A DNA stretch of 64,000 bases, from assembly GCA_965262235.1 (NCBI GenBank), contig OZ253504.1:3361684-3425683 (forward strand), in the 5' to 3' direction. Each line of letters opens with the position of its first letter. Position 1 is the stretch's first letter. The DNA is from Dehalococcoidia bacterium. GTDB lineage: Bacteria > Chloroflexota > Dehalococcoidia > Bin125. The translations under genes and the position numbers were made by a program. Of the stretch, positions 9,703 to 17,998 are shown piece by piece. The notes under the pieces were generated by a model that was not told where the DNA came from, did no database searches, and worked only from the letters and a program-made list of their open reading frames with translations.

Positions 9703-10968
9703 CTACTCGTCGTTCGCCGCGCTATCGGACGGAGGGTTGAAGCGCCGCGCGTTCGCGCTCAGGATGCTGATCCGGTCGATTGCCTCTTGCGGCGTCGAGA
9801 GGATCGGCGCCTCGAGCGTGATTTGCAGCTGGGGCTGGAAGCCCGCCGGGTCAACGCCGTAATCGGCGAGCAGGTTTCGATAGGCGGCGACCGCGGCGCG
9901 CAGGGCGCTGAGGACCAGCCAACTCTGGTGGTAGGGATTGGTGTTGACGGTGAACAGCAACTTGCCGTCGCGCAGCGCCTCGAGAGCGGCGATGTTGATA
10001 TCGAACGTGGCGAGCACGGCGCTCGACGCTTCTGTATCGATCGCGGCGAGTGCGGCGAGACTGATCCGTGCGTTGAGGGTGATCACGCCGGCAACGGGAG
10101 TCTGGCCTGAGTCAGCGCGCAGCCGTCCCGCGATGGACGCCTGCGTTGCCGCCAGGTCGCTGACGCCGGTCTCGTTGACGGTGAACCGTTCAAGCTGGCC
10201 TGGGTAGCCGCTCTCGAAGCCGTTGCAGCGCTCCTCGAGGCCGATGTTCTCTTCTTCGTGGATGACGCAGAGCACGGTGCCGGTGATGCCGGCGTCGACG
10301 AACCGCTGTGCGGCCCGGCTGCCAAGCCGGTGCTCGTCGACGCTGACGTGGAACAGCGAGCCGACGCGCCTGAAGTCATCGCGGCCCGAGTTGAAGGACG
10401 CCACGACGACGCCGGCCTCCCTGGCTTCGGCGAGCGCGTCGGCGAGTGCGTCGGGCGCGGCGAGGGTGGTGGCGATGGCGCCGGCGCCGGCGGCGACGCA
10501 GTCGCGCACGAGCTGAGCCTGCCCGCTGGGCACGGGGTTGGCCACCACGCGGACGTCAATGCCGAGGCCGTCAACGCTCCAGCGCCTCGACGATGCGGCC
10601 CTGCGGACGGTGTTCCAGAACGCTTCGTCGCCGGGGTGTTCGTGGGTGACGAGGCACCAGAGCTCGTCTTCGGACTCGGCGACGGTCTCGGTGGCTGCCT
10701 GGTCGCTCTCGGTGGGAGCCAACGCGACGGCGCTGCTGCTGTGCCAGCGGCCCGGGGCGGCATCGGCAGGGAGGAAGCGGCTGTCGGGCAGGCTGCGTTC
10801 GCCCCATTCGCCGCCGGCGCTCTGTTGAATCGCGACTTCGACGCGACCGTCGTCGAGGCGTCGGGCCTGGACGCGCAGCTCGTCGTCGCCGCCGGCGGCC
10901 ATTGCCAGGCCCAGCGTGATCGCGGCCACGACGAATCCGGCCACGAACGTCATGGTGGTCTTGAGCAT
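9703..10968 (-). CDS. Membrane-anchored periplasmic-binding-protein-like (type I PBP / sugar-binding-like) substrate-binding protein.
   Basis: N-terminal TM helix followed by two alpha/beta lobes resembling the LacI/RbsB-type PBP fold. There is no adjacent transporter gene. Confidence 0.45.
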   Translation of the reverse strand: MLKTTMTFVAGFVVAAITLGLAMAAGGDDELRVQARRLDDGRVEVAIQQSAGGEWGERSLPDSRFLPADAAPGRWHSSSAVALAPTESDQAATETVAESEDELWCLVTHEHPGDEAFWNTVRRAASSRRWSVDGLGIDVRVVANPVPSGQAQLVRDCVAAGAGAIATTLAAPDALADALAEAREAGVVVASFNSGRDDFRRVGSLFHVSVDEHRLGSRAAQRFVDAGITGTVLCVIHEEENIGLEERCNGFESGYPGQLERFTVNETGVSDLAATQASIAGRLRADSGQTPVAGVITLNARISLAALAAIDTEASSAVLATFDINIAALEALRDGKLLFTVNTNPYHQSWLVLSALRAAVAAYRNLLADYGVDPAGFQPQLQITLEAPILSTPQEAIDRISILSANARRFNPPSDSAANDE

Positions 10969-11208
10969 TCGAGGTCCCCTTCGGATTTGAATACTGCCCG
11001 GTACGGCGGATACCTGGGAACGTTAGACCTATGTGCATCCGACATGCAGCACGCAAGCGCGGGGTGCTTGGGCGATCGGGTGGCGCCACGGCGTGGCGGT
11101 GACGGCAGAAGAACGATCGGCGCCGGCGACTGTCAGGCGTCGATTGTGCGGGCGATCGATCGGGAGCGGCGCCGCCGGTGGCGAACTCCTACTGGCGTGG
11201 GTTCGGGT

Positions 11209-11502
11209 TTAGCGGCGCGGCGCGTCTGAGCCACCGGCGACGGCGGGGACGATGCTGACTTCGTCGCCGTCGCCGATCGCAGTGGCCATGCCCTCGAGGA
11301 AGCGGATGTCCTCGCCGTTGACGAAGACGTTGACGAAGCGGCGCAGCTCGCCGCCGTCGTCGACGAGACGCTCGCCCATCCCGGGGTACTGGCGCTCGAG
11401 CTCGACGACGAGGTCGCCGAGCGATCCGGGTGCCCCGTCCACCACATCCTGGTCGCCGGTGAGGCCGCGCAGCGGCGTCGGGATTCGCACAACGATGCTC
11501 AT
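11209..11502 (-). CDS. MoaD/ThiS/CysO-family ubiquitin-like sulfur carrier protein with a C-terminal extension after Gly-Gly.
   Basis: 97 aa with a beta-grasp-like sequence ending ...VSIVPAVAGGSDAPRR. The GG is followed by 6 extra residues. Confidence 0.55.
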   Translation of the reverse strand: MSIVVRIPTPLRGLTGDQDVVDGAPGSLGDLVVELERQYPGMGERLVDDGGELRRFVNVFVNGEDIRFLEGMATAIGDGDEVSIVPAVAGGSDAPRR

Positions 11503-11632
11503 CTGGCCCAGCTCAACTCTCCGCGTCTGGCTGCGTCTGTCTCGTGCCGTCCTGTGCCCGCCCTGTTGAGGCGCTCCAGCGAGCCTATCGCGTCGCTGGG
11601 TTTAGGCGGGGTTTAGGCGGGGTTTGGGCGGG

Positions 11633-11899
11633 CTACGCCTCGTCCTTGGGATCGTCGGCCTCCCAGAGTTCCTGGCAGACGTGACAGACGAGGGCTGAGA
11701 TGACCTCAGTGCCCTCTTCGACCATCTCGTATTCAAGCTCGCACTCCTGGCCGCACTCGGGGCAGAGCGGGCGGAGGGCGTAGTCGAACTCGCCGCTGGT
11801 CAGGGAGCTGCGGTGCAGCAGCGTGTCGATATCGACCCACTCCTCGAAGGGGAGGGTGTGGACCTTGTAGCTGGCGAGGTCTCCGGGGGTGGCGCTCAC
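11633..11899 (-). CDS. Small Zn-ribbon protein (four-Cys).
   Basis: CPECG...CHVC pairs within an 88-aa acidic protein. No homology could be assigned from memory. Confidence 0.4.
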   Translation of the reverse strand: MSATPGDLASYKVHTLPFEEWVDIDTLLHRSSLTSGEFDYALRPLCPECGQECELEYEMVEEGTEVISALVCHVCQELWEADDPKDEA

Positions 11900-11948
11900 T
11901 GCGGCAGTCTATCGCGCGGCTGCGCGAGCGCAGTCGGGCGGCGCCGGG

Positions 11949-12212
11949 CTAGCGATGGCGGGCACGGTGGCCGCGCATCGAGCTGAGCGCCTGTTCGATG
12001 TCGCTCTCGCTGCTCTCGGAGACGGGCTCGTGGCCGCGCCGACCGCGGCCGCCGAAGATGTCTGAATTGTTGGTCCGCTCGAGATCGGGGAATGAGTTCG
12101 CGAAGCGGCGGCACTCGCCGCACTTCTGGCATTCGCCGGGGCTCGTGGACCCGTTCGGTGTGGCGAGCACCCAGTTATGCGCGCAGTGTCCCTCGGAGAC
12201 TTGCGTAACCAT
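11949..12212 (-). CDS. Small Cys-rich hypothetical protein.
   Basis: HCAHNW...CQKCGEC cluster in an 87-aa protein with a basic C-terminus. Confidence 0.35.
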   Translation of the reverse strand: MVTQVSEGHCAHNWVLATPNGSTSPGECQKCGECRRFANSFPDLERTNNSDIFGGRGRRGHEPVSESSESDIEQALSSMRGHRARHR

Positions 12213-12376
12213 GGGTCGACTCCCGGAGGAGCCCGTGCGCCGCCACGGCGCTAAGCGGTCCAGCTCTGTATAGCTGCAGAACGGTCGCTGCGCGGGTTAT
12301 TGTCGAGCACCGGCCGAGCGGTTGCAACGTTCTTTACAGCGTGTTTACCGGGTGTCTAGTGGATGCCTGGCGACAT

Positions 12377-12844
12377 CTACGACGCGGCTTCAGCGAGCGC
12401 CTGGACGTGTTTGAGCGAATCTTCGGCGTGCAGCGCGAAGTCGCGCGGGGCGTCGACGATGTGGCGGACGATGCCTTCGGCGTCGATCACGTAGGTCGTG
12501 CGGGCGGTGATCCCACGCTCTTCATTGAAGATGCCCCAGACCTTGCCGGTGCGGGCGAAGGGGAAGTCGCCGAGCAGCGGGAAGCTGAGGCCGAGCTCGC
12601 GTGCGTAGGCTCCGGCGGCGAAGGGTGAATCGACACTGACGCCCAGGACCTGGGCTCCAGCCGCCTCGAACTCGTCATGGAGTTCCTGGAAGCGGCTCAG
12701 TTCGTTCGTTCAACCACCGGTGAAGGCGAGCACGTACCAGGCGACGACGACGGTCCGGCCGCGGTACTCGCTGAGCTGATGCTCGCGGCGGTCGCCGTCC
12801 ATCAGCGTGAAATCGGGGGCCTGTTGTCCAACTTCCACGGCCAT
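12377..12844 (-). CDS. AhpE/Bcp-like 1-Cys peroxiredoxin with an in-frame TGA (candidate selenocysteine) at the peroxidatic position.
   Basis: I translated the whole frame by hand. It reads MAVEVGQQAPDFTLMDGD...VVVAWYVLAFTGG-[TGA at 12710-12712]-TNELSRFQELHDEFEAAGAQVLGVSVDSPFAAGAYARELGLSFPLLGDFPFARTGKVWGIFNEERGITARTTYVIDAEGIVRHIVDAPRDFALHAEDSLKHVQALAEAAS-TAG (12377). LAFTGG-U-TNEL aligns residue-for-residue with the AhpE motif LAFTGI-C-QGEL. The peroxiredoxin fold continues for 110 codons after the TGA with no frameshift. Confidence 0.65.
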
Positions 12845-12981
12845 GCGCCGCTCCCTTCGGTGCGGCGCGGGCGCGCCGCCGGGTCCTGCGGCCTGCATGG
12901 TACGCCTCCGCGGGAAGGTGCATGGGGCCGCATCGGGCGGCGCAACCAGGTGTCGGGAGGAGTGGATATAGACTCTGGGGT

Positions 12982-13521
12982 ATGACTTCCTCCGCCGAAT
13001 GGGACCTCGGCGCTGCCACCGCGCTCGAAGCTGAAGCGATCGGAGAGCCCGGTCAGCGTCGGTTCCGGCTGCGCGTGACCGCGGGAGACGTGACGGCTGC
13101 GATCTGGTGCGAGAAGGAGCAGGTGAACTCGCTGGCCACCGCGGTCCAGCAGATTCTCGCGCGGCACCGGCGCGACGAGGAACGACGGCGTCCGATCGCG
13201 CTGGACCTGATCGGCTTCCCGCTGACGCCGACGCACGAGTTCCAGGCCGGGCGCATTGCGCTCGGCTACGACGAGGATGCGCACACCCTGACGCTCTACG
13301 CGACGGATATCGACGCGCAGAGCGATCGTCCGACGCTGCGCGTCGACTTCAGTCGCGAGATCGCGCGCGCCTTCACGGTCCAGGCCGAGCTGGCTGTGGC
13401 CGGTGGACGGCCCTCGTGTCCGCTGTGTAAGCAGCCGTTGGAGGGCGACGCGCATCTCTGTCCGCAGACCAACGGGCATGGCGAAAGCTCGCTGGCAGGC
13501 ATCGGCCCACCGGAGTTCTGA
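12982..13521 (+). CDS. DUF3090-like protein with a C-terminal CPxC...HxC.
   Basis: MTSSAEWDLGAATALEAE... ending ...GRPSCPLCKQPLEGDAHLCPQTNGH. The architecture resembles the actinobacterial DUF3090 family. The start is taken at the internal ATG. Confidence 0.4.
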   Translation: MTSSAEWDLGAATALEAEAIGEPGQRRFRLRVTAGDVTAAIWCEKEQVNSLATAVQQILARHRRDEERRRPIALDLIGFPLTPTHEFQAGRIALGYDEDAHTLTLYATDIDAQSDRPTLRVDFSREIARAFTVQAELAVAGGRPSCPLCKQPLEGDAHLCPQTNGHGESSLAGIGPPEF

Positions 13522-13763
13522 CCGTTTCCGCGCGCACGCCGCTCACGCACGCCGCCTGGACCGCGCGCTCAGCCCCCCAGAGGATTGTCAACGGCGTCAT
13601 CGACGCGGCGCTGCTGCTGGGCGGCCCACGGCGGCCGCTCTGGACGCCGCAGTATCTGTTCACGCTGGCGGGCACGTTCAGCTTCTTCGCCTGTTTCTTC
13701 TACCTGACCACCACGCTGCCGGCCGAGCTTGGCGACCGCGGCGCGGGCGTCTTCGAGGTCAGC

Positions 13764-14828
13764 GTGATCGTGGGCGGCTACGCCGTGATCCCGATCCTGC
13801 TGCGCCCGTTCGTGGGGCGCTGGAGCGATGCAGGCCGGCGGATTCGGCTGATGCGGATCGGCCTGCTCTCCTTCGCGGTTTCGTTCGCGCTGATGATCTT
13901 CACCGAATCGATCTGGGTGTTCTTTGCGCTGCGTTGCGTGCAGGGCATCGGGATGGCCGCCTACCCGACGGCGGCCGGCTCGTTTATCGCGGAGATCGTG
14001 CCGCCGCGCCGGCGCGGCGAGGGGCTGGGCTTCTTCGGGTTGGCGACCAGCGGGTCGCAGATGATCACGCCGCTGGTCGGCGGGCTGGTGGTGGCTCACT
14101 TTGGCGGCTTCGATGCGGTGCTGGTGCTCGGCGTTGCGACGGCTGGTCTGGCGCTCGCGCTGACGGTGCTGCAGCGGGAGCCGACCCACTCGGGCCACCC
14201 GGCGCCGCCGATGAGCCTGCGCGCGCTGGTGCCGCCGGCGGCGGTCTTTCCGATGCTGGTCTTCCTGAGCATCACGCTGACGTTCAGCGCGGCGGCCACC
14301 TTCCTGCCCGCCTTCGAGGACGCCGACCCCAATCGAGACCTCGGAGGCGTGACGGGGTTGGGGCTGTTCTTCGTGTTTGGCGGGGCGGCCGCGATGATCA
14401 CGCGGCCGATTGCGGGGCGGATCTCCGACCGGTTGGGGCGCGTGCCGGTGATCATTCCGGGGCTGATCGCGACGATCGCCGGGCTGGTGGTGCTGACGCA
14501 GGCGCAGGTACCGGAGATGCTCTGGATCGCCGGAGCGCTGACCGGGGTCGGGATGGGCGGCGCTCATACGGGGCTGCTGGCGCTGGCGGTTGACCGCGTG
14601 GCGCCGACTCAGCGCGGCGGCGCGACCGCGACGTTCCAGCTCGCCTGGGATATCGGCGGGTTTGTCGGTGGCGGGCCCGTGTTGGGGCTGGTGGGCGGCG
14701 TGCTCTCGGTCGAGATGGTGTTCTGGGCGGCGGCGGTCGCCGCTGTGGTCGCGTTGGGCGCGTTGCTGGTTGGCCGGGCGATGGGCTGGACGCGCCCGCA
14801 CGCATCGTTCGTGGACGCGAGCACGTAG
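13764..14828 (+). CDS. MFS transporter whose N-terminus is unresolved.
   Basis: MFS motif A GRWSDAGRRIRLMRIG and about 10 TM helices. The same frame stays open back to a TAA at 13428-13430 and encodes TM1-like sequence (YLFTLAGTFSFFACFFYLTTTLP), but contains no ATG/GTG/TTG upstream of 13764. Confidence 0.7.
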   Translation: MIVGGYAVIPILLRPFVGRWSDAGRRIRLMRIGLLSFAVSFALMIFTESIWVFFALRCVQGIGMAAYPTAAGSFIAEIVPPRRRGEGLGFFGLATSGSQMITPLVGGLVVAHFGGFDAVLVLGVATAGLALALTVLQREPTHSGHPAPPMSLRALVPPAAVFPMLVFLSITLTFSAAATFLPAFEDADPNRDLGGVTGLGLFFVFGGAAAMITRPIAGRISDRLGRVPVIIPGLIATIAGLVVLTQAQVPEMLWIAGALTGVGMGGAHTGLLALAVDRVAPTQRGGATATFQLAWDIGGFVGGGPVLGLVGGVLSVEMVFWAAAVAAVVALGALLVGRAMGWTRPHASFVDAST

Positions 14829-14836
14829 CCGGCGCC

Positions 14837-15346
14837 ATGTCTCGATCGCCAGATCCTGGATCGGAGTTCGACACTCGGGGCGGTCGCACGGAGCTGCGCG
14901 AGCTCGCCCGCGAGGAGCAGCGCGAGCCGCTTGATCGGCGCCGGATCGCCGTGGCGTTCGCGGCCGGCGTGGTGTTCGTGCTGGCGATCGGCTTCGCGAC
15001 CGACCTGTTTCAGACGGGCCCGACGCGGGCCGATGTGGACGGCGCGTATCAGCGCGGCGCGGAGCGTGGCGCGAGCGTGGTTGAGTCGGACTGGCAGGAC
15101 GAACTCGTGCGCCGCGAGCGGATCGGCTTTGCCCGCGGGCGCAGCGAGGCGTCGACGCTGACCGCGGACGAGATTGCCCGTTTTCGTTACGGGTTCACCT
15201 ACGAGGCCGCGTACGACCTGGCGCTACAGCTGGCCGAGCGGGGGCTGACCGAATCCTGGGACGCGGGCTGGTGGAAGGGCTATCGCACCGCGTGGGAGCA
15301 GGTGCGAGGAGCGCCGCCGAGCGGTCCGGTTGAGGGGCCGCCATGA
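14837..15346 (+). CDS. Hypothetical membrane-anchored protein, paralog A.
   Basis: Single N-terminal TM helix, then GPTRADVD...W..GWWKGY motifs. It overlaps the next gene by ATGA. Confidence 0.45.
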   Translation: MSRSPDPGSEFDTRGGRTELRELAREEQREPLDRRRIAVAFAAGVVFVLAIGFATDLFQTGPTRADVDGAYQRGAERGASVVESDWQDELVRRERIGFARGRSEASTLTADEIARFRYGFTYEAAYDLALQLAERGLTESWDAGWWKGYRTAWEQVRGAPPSGPVEGPP

Positions 15347-15753
15347 ACCGGAATGTCGCCCTCGTGATTGCGTTCATCGTCGGCGCGCTCGCAATGGGGC
15401 TGGCCGGAAGCCTGAGCGGCGTGTTCGACCGCGGGCCAACGCAGCAGGACGTGGTCGCGAGCCGCGAGGCCGGCTACGCCGCGGCGGAGGAGGCGACGGC
15501 CCAACGGATGCAGCTGGAAGCCGACCGCAAGGAGTCGGAGGGCTACCAGCGCGGGCTGTTGGCGACTGAGGCCGCGCCGCTGCTCGACTATCTGCCCAAC
15601 CCGTCGGGTCTGATCGCCGGCGCCATCGCGGGGCGGGAGGACCTCGACGAAGGGTATGCGCAGCTCACCCAGGACGCGTGGGACGACGGCTGGGTAGTGG
15701 GGTACGACGTCGGGATTCACCATGCGTGGTTTGATCTGGGCGGGGGACGTTAA
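15343..15753 (+). CDS. Hypothetical membrane-anchored protein, paralog B.
   Basis: Same architecture as paralog A: TM helix, GPTQQDV, then ...WDDGWVVGY. Confidence 0.45.
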   Translation: MNRNVALVIAFIVGALAMGLAGSLSGVFDRGPTQQDVVASREAGYAAAEEATAQRMQLEADRKESEGYQRGLLATEAAPLLDYLPNPSGLIAGAIAGREDLDEGYAQLTQDAWDDGWVVGYDVGIHHAWFDLGGGR

Positions 15754-15779
15754 CAAGCTGCTGAAAGAGTCCGCCGGTT

Positions 15780-16960
15780 GGCGCTCGCCTCTCTTCCCCT
15801 GCCTTGCGGGGGGAGATGCCGAAGGCAGAGGGGGGTCAATCGGTTGGGGAGCGGGGGGGGGCTTGTATGTTCGCGCTGGCTCGGGAGCCGTTGGTGGCTG
15901 AGTCGAACCGGGGTGCGGCAGACCGATTCCCCCCTTCATTCTTGCGCCGCCTCCGTCATTCTTGCGCCGCCTCCGTCATTCCTGCGCCGCCTCCGTCATT
16001 CCTGCGCCGCCTCCGTCATTCTTGCGCCGCCTCCGTCATTCCTGCGCCGCCTCCGTCATTCTTGCGCCGCCTCCGTCATTCCTGCGCAGGCAGGAATCCA
16101 TGCGGTCTGTGGGGGTCAAGGGCACTCTCAAAGTTCGACGGCGCCCGATCACCCACGGCGCGCTGGGAGCTGTGGTGGGCCGTCGGGCGGATTGAGGCTC
16201 GTCGCACGGTTGGACGGTCGCATGGATTCCTGCCTCCGCAGGAATGACGGAAGGGGCGGATGTGACGGACAGGGCGGGTGTGACGGAAGGAGGCGAGTGT
16301 GAGGTACAGGGCGGGTGTGAAGGAAGGAGCGGGTGCGGCAGACCGGTGCCCCCTCTCCGTCATTCCTGCGCCGCCTCCGTCATTCCTGCGCAGGCAGGAA
16401 TCCATGCGGTCTGTGGGGGTCAAGGGCACTCCCAATGTTCGACGGCGTCCGATCACGCGCGGCGCGCTGGGAGCTGTGGTGGGCCGTCGGGCGGATTGAG
16501 GCTCGTCGCACGGTTGGGCGGTCGCATGGATTCCTGCCTGCGCAGGAATGACGGAAGGGGCAGGGGTGACGGACAGGGCGGGTGTGACTGAAGGGGCGGG
16601 TGTGACGGACAGGGCGGGTGTGAAGGAAGGAGCGGGCGCGGCAGACCGGTGCCCCCTCTCCGTCATTCCTGCGCCGCCTCCGTCATTCCTGCGCAGGCAG
16701 GAATCCATGCGGTCTGTGGGGGTCAAGGGCACTCCCAATGTTCGACGACGCCCGATCACGCGCGGCGCGCTGGGAGCTCTGGTGGGCCGTCGGGCGGATC
16801 GAGGCTCGTCGCACGGTTGGGCGGTCGCATGGATTCCTGCCTGCGCAGGAATGACGGAAGGGGCAGGGGTGACGGACAGGGCGGGTGTGACGGAAGGGGC
16901 GGGTGTGACGGACAGGGGCGGGTGTGAGGGACAGGGCGGGTGTGACGGACAGGGCGGGCG
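15780..16960. repeat. Nested tandem-repeat array built from hairpin repeat modules.
   Basis: 7 tandem copies of a 20-bp unit TCATTCYTGCGCCGCCTCCG at 15936-16075. Then 3 copies of a ~305-bp unit starting at 16076, 16380 and 16683. Each unit is bounded by the inverted hairpins TCATTCCTGCGCAGGCAGGAATCCATGCG and CGCATGGATTCCTGCCTGCGCAGGAATGACGGA. The units are separated by short ~20-bp GGGCGGGTGTGACGGACAG repeats. Confidence 0.8.
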
Positions 16961-17250
16961 TGACCAGCTGCTGCGCAGCGTGCCGGGCGTGGGTGAGCAG
17001 CTCTCACTGACGCTGCTGGCCGAGCTGCCGGAGCTGGGCCGGCTGAACCGTCGTCAGGTCGCCGCCCCTGGTCGGCGTGGCGCCCTTCAACCGCGACAGC
17101 GGCAGACGCACGACCTGGGGCGGGCGCGCCCCGCAAGCCCAAGAGGCTGGCCCTTACCGCCTGCATGTGCAAGCTGCTCGTGATCTTCAACGCGATGCTC
17201 AAACACCACACACCCTGGCGCGATTTGAGCCCCGACAGCGCCCACTGAGT
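16958..17250 (+). pseudogene. IS110-family transposase remnant: the C-terminal part only, with frameshifts.
   Basis: LLRSVPGVGEQLSLTLLAELPELGRLNRRQVAA, then ...VGVAPFNRDSGRRTTWGGRAP... in a second frame, then KRLALTACMCKLLVIFNAMLKHHTPW in a third frame. These match the conserved C-terminal block of IS110-family transposases. The 5' portion is replaced by the repeat array. Confidence 0.6.
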
Positions 17251-17345
17251 TGATCCTCAACACAGTTGCTCTGTCACTCCGTGACATCTCCCCCCGCTGC
17301 GCGGGGGGAGAGGAAGACGGGACACGGTGACTCTTCAGCAGCCTG

Positions 17346-17996
17346 CTACGGCGTGCGCTGGCCCCAGGCGTTCCAGTGGACGACCTCGGAGAGCGGGACT
17401 CGCGGGGCCGGCTTGAAGTCTTCGCCGGTGAAGTAGGCCATCGGGAAGAGCACGGTCTGGGTGACATCGTCGGGGATGCCGAGCAGCTCGGCGACGTCGG
17501 CCTCGTGGCGTAGGTGAATCGTGGTCCAGGCCATCCCGATGCCGCGCTCGCGGGCAGCGAGCATGAACGACCAGGCGCCGGGCAGGATCGAGCCGTAGAC
17601 GCCCGCGTGCGCGGTGGCGGGCAGCTGCTCGATGCGGCCGTTGATGCAGGCGATCAGCATCGCGGGGCAGCGGTGCATCTCCGCCGCGAGGTACATCGCC
17701 GACTTGGTCACCTTCTCGGACTGGTGGGTGCGGCTGTCGTCCGCGCCGTAGGCGGGCCGCTGCTCGGGCGGGCGGTCGGTCAGGACCTGGAACGACTTGC
17801 GGTAGATGTCGGCGACGGCGGAGATTTTGTCGGGGTCGGTGATCACGACCCACTGCCACTGTTGGCTATTCGAAGCGGTTGGAGCCTGCAGCGCGACATC
17901 GAGGCATTCTTCGATGACGGCGGGGTCGATCGGGCGCTCGAAGTCGAGGCGCAGGCGCACCGAGCGGGTGGTTCGCAGTACGTGGTCGGCATCCAT
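17346..17996 (-). CDS. Nitroreductase-family protein.
   Basis: MDADHVLRTTRSVR...SNSQQWQWVVITDP...P matches the NADH oxidase/flavin reductase fold. The start is set at the internal ATG (17996). Confidence 0.75.
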   Translation of the reverse strand: MDADHVLRTTRSVRLRLDFERPIDPAVIEECLDVALQAPTASNSQQWQWVVITDPDKISAVADIYRKSFQVLTDRPPEQRPAYGADDSRTHQSEKVTKSAMYLAAEMHRCPAMLIACINGRIEQLPATAHAGVYGSILPGAWSFMLAARERGIGMAWTTIHLRHEADVAELLGIPDDVTQTVLFPMAYFTGEDFKPAPRVPLSEVVHWNAWGQRTP

Positions 17997-17998
17997 TG

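Noticed and set aside
13403-14593. 396-aa plus-strand ORF overlapping the MFS gene in another frame.
   Set aside because: It is an Arg/Ala/Gly-rich low-complexity translation. The in-frame MFS reading gives clean TM helices and motif A.
15780-16960. Considered calling the repeat array a CRISPR locus.
   Set aside because: The repeat period is ~305 bp, not 60-75 bp. The 'repeats' are long palindromic hairpins and not 28-37-bp direct repeats with unique spacers. No cas genes are nearby. The same modules are dispersed singly across the window.
15778-17211. Multiple ORFs (15778..16302, 16076..16759 minus strand, 16548..17183, and others) lying across the repeat array.
   Set aside because: Their translations are periodic repeats of the DNA unit (e.g. 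SFLRRLRHSCAASVIPA...) with no start or stop logic. They are artefacts of translating tandem repeats.
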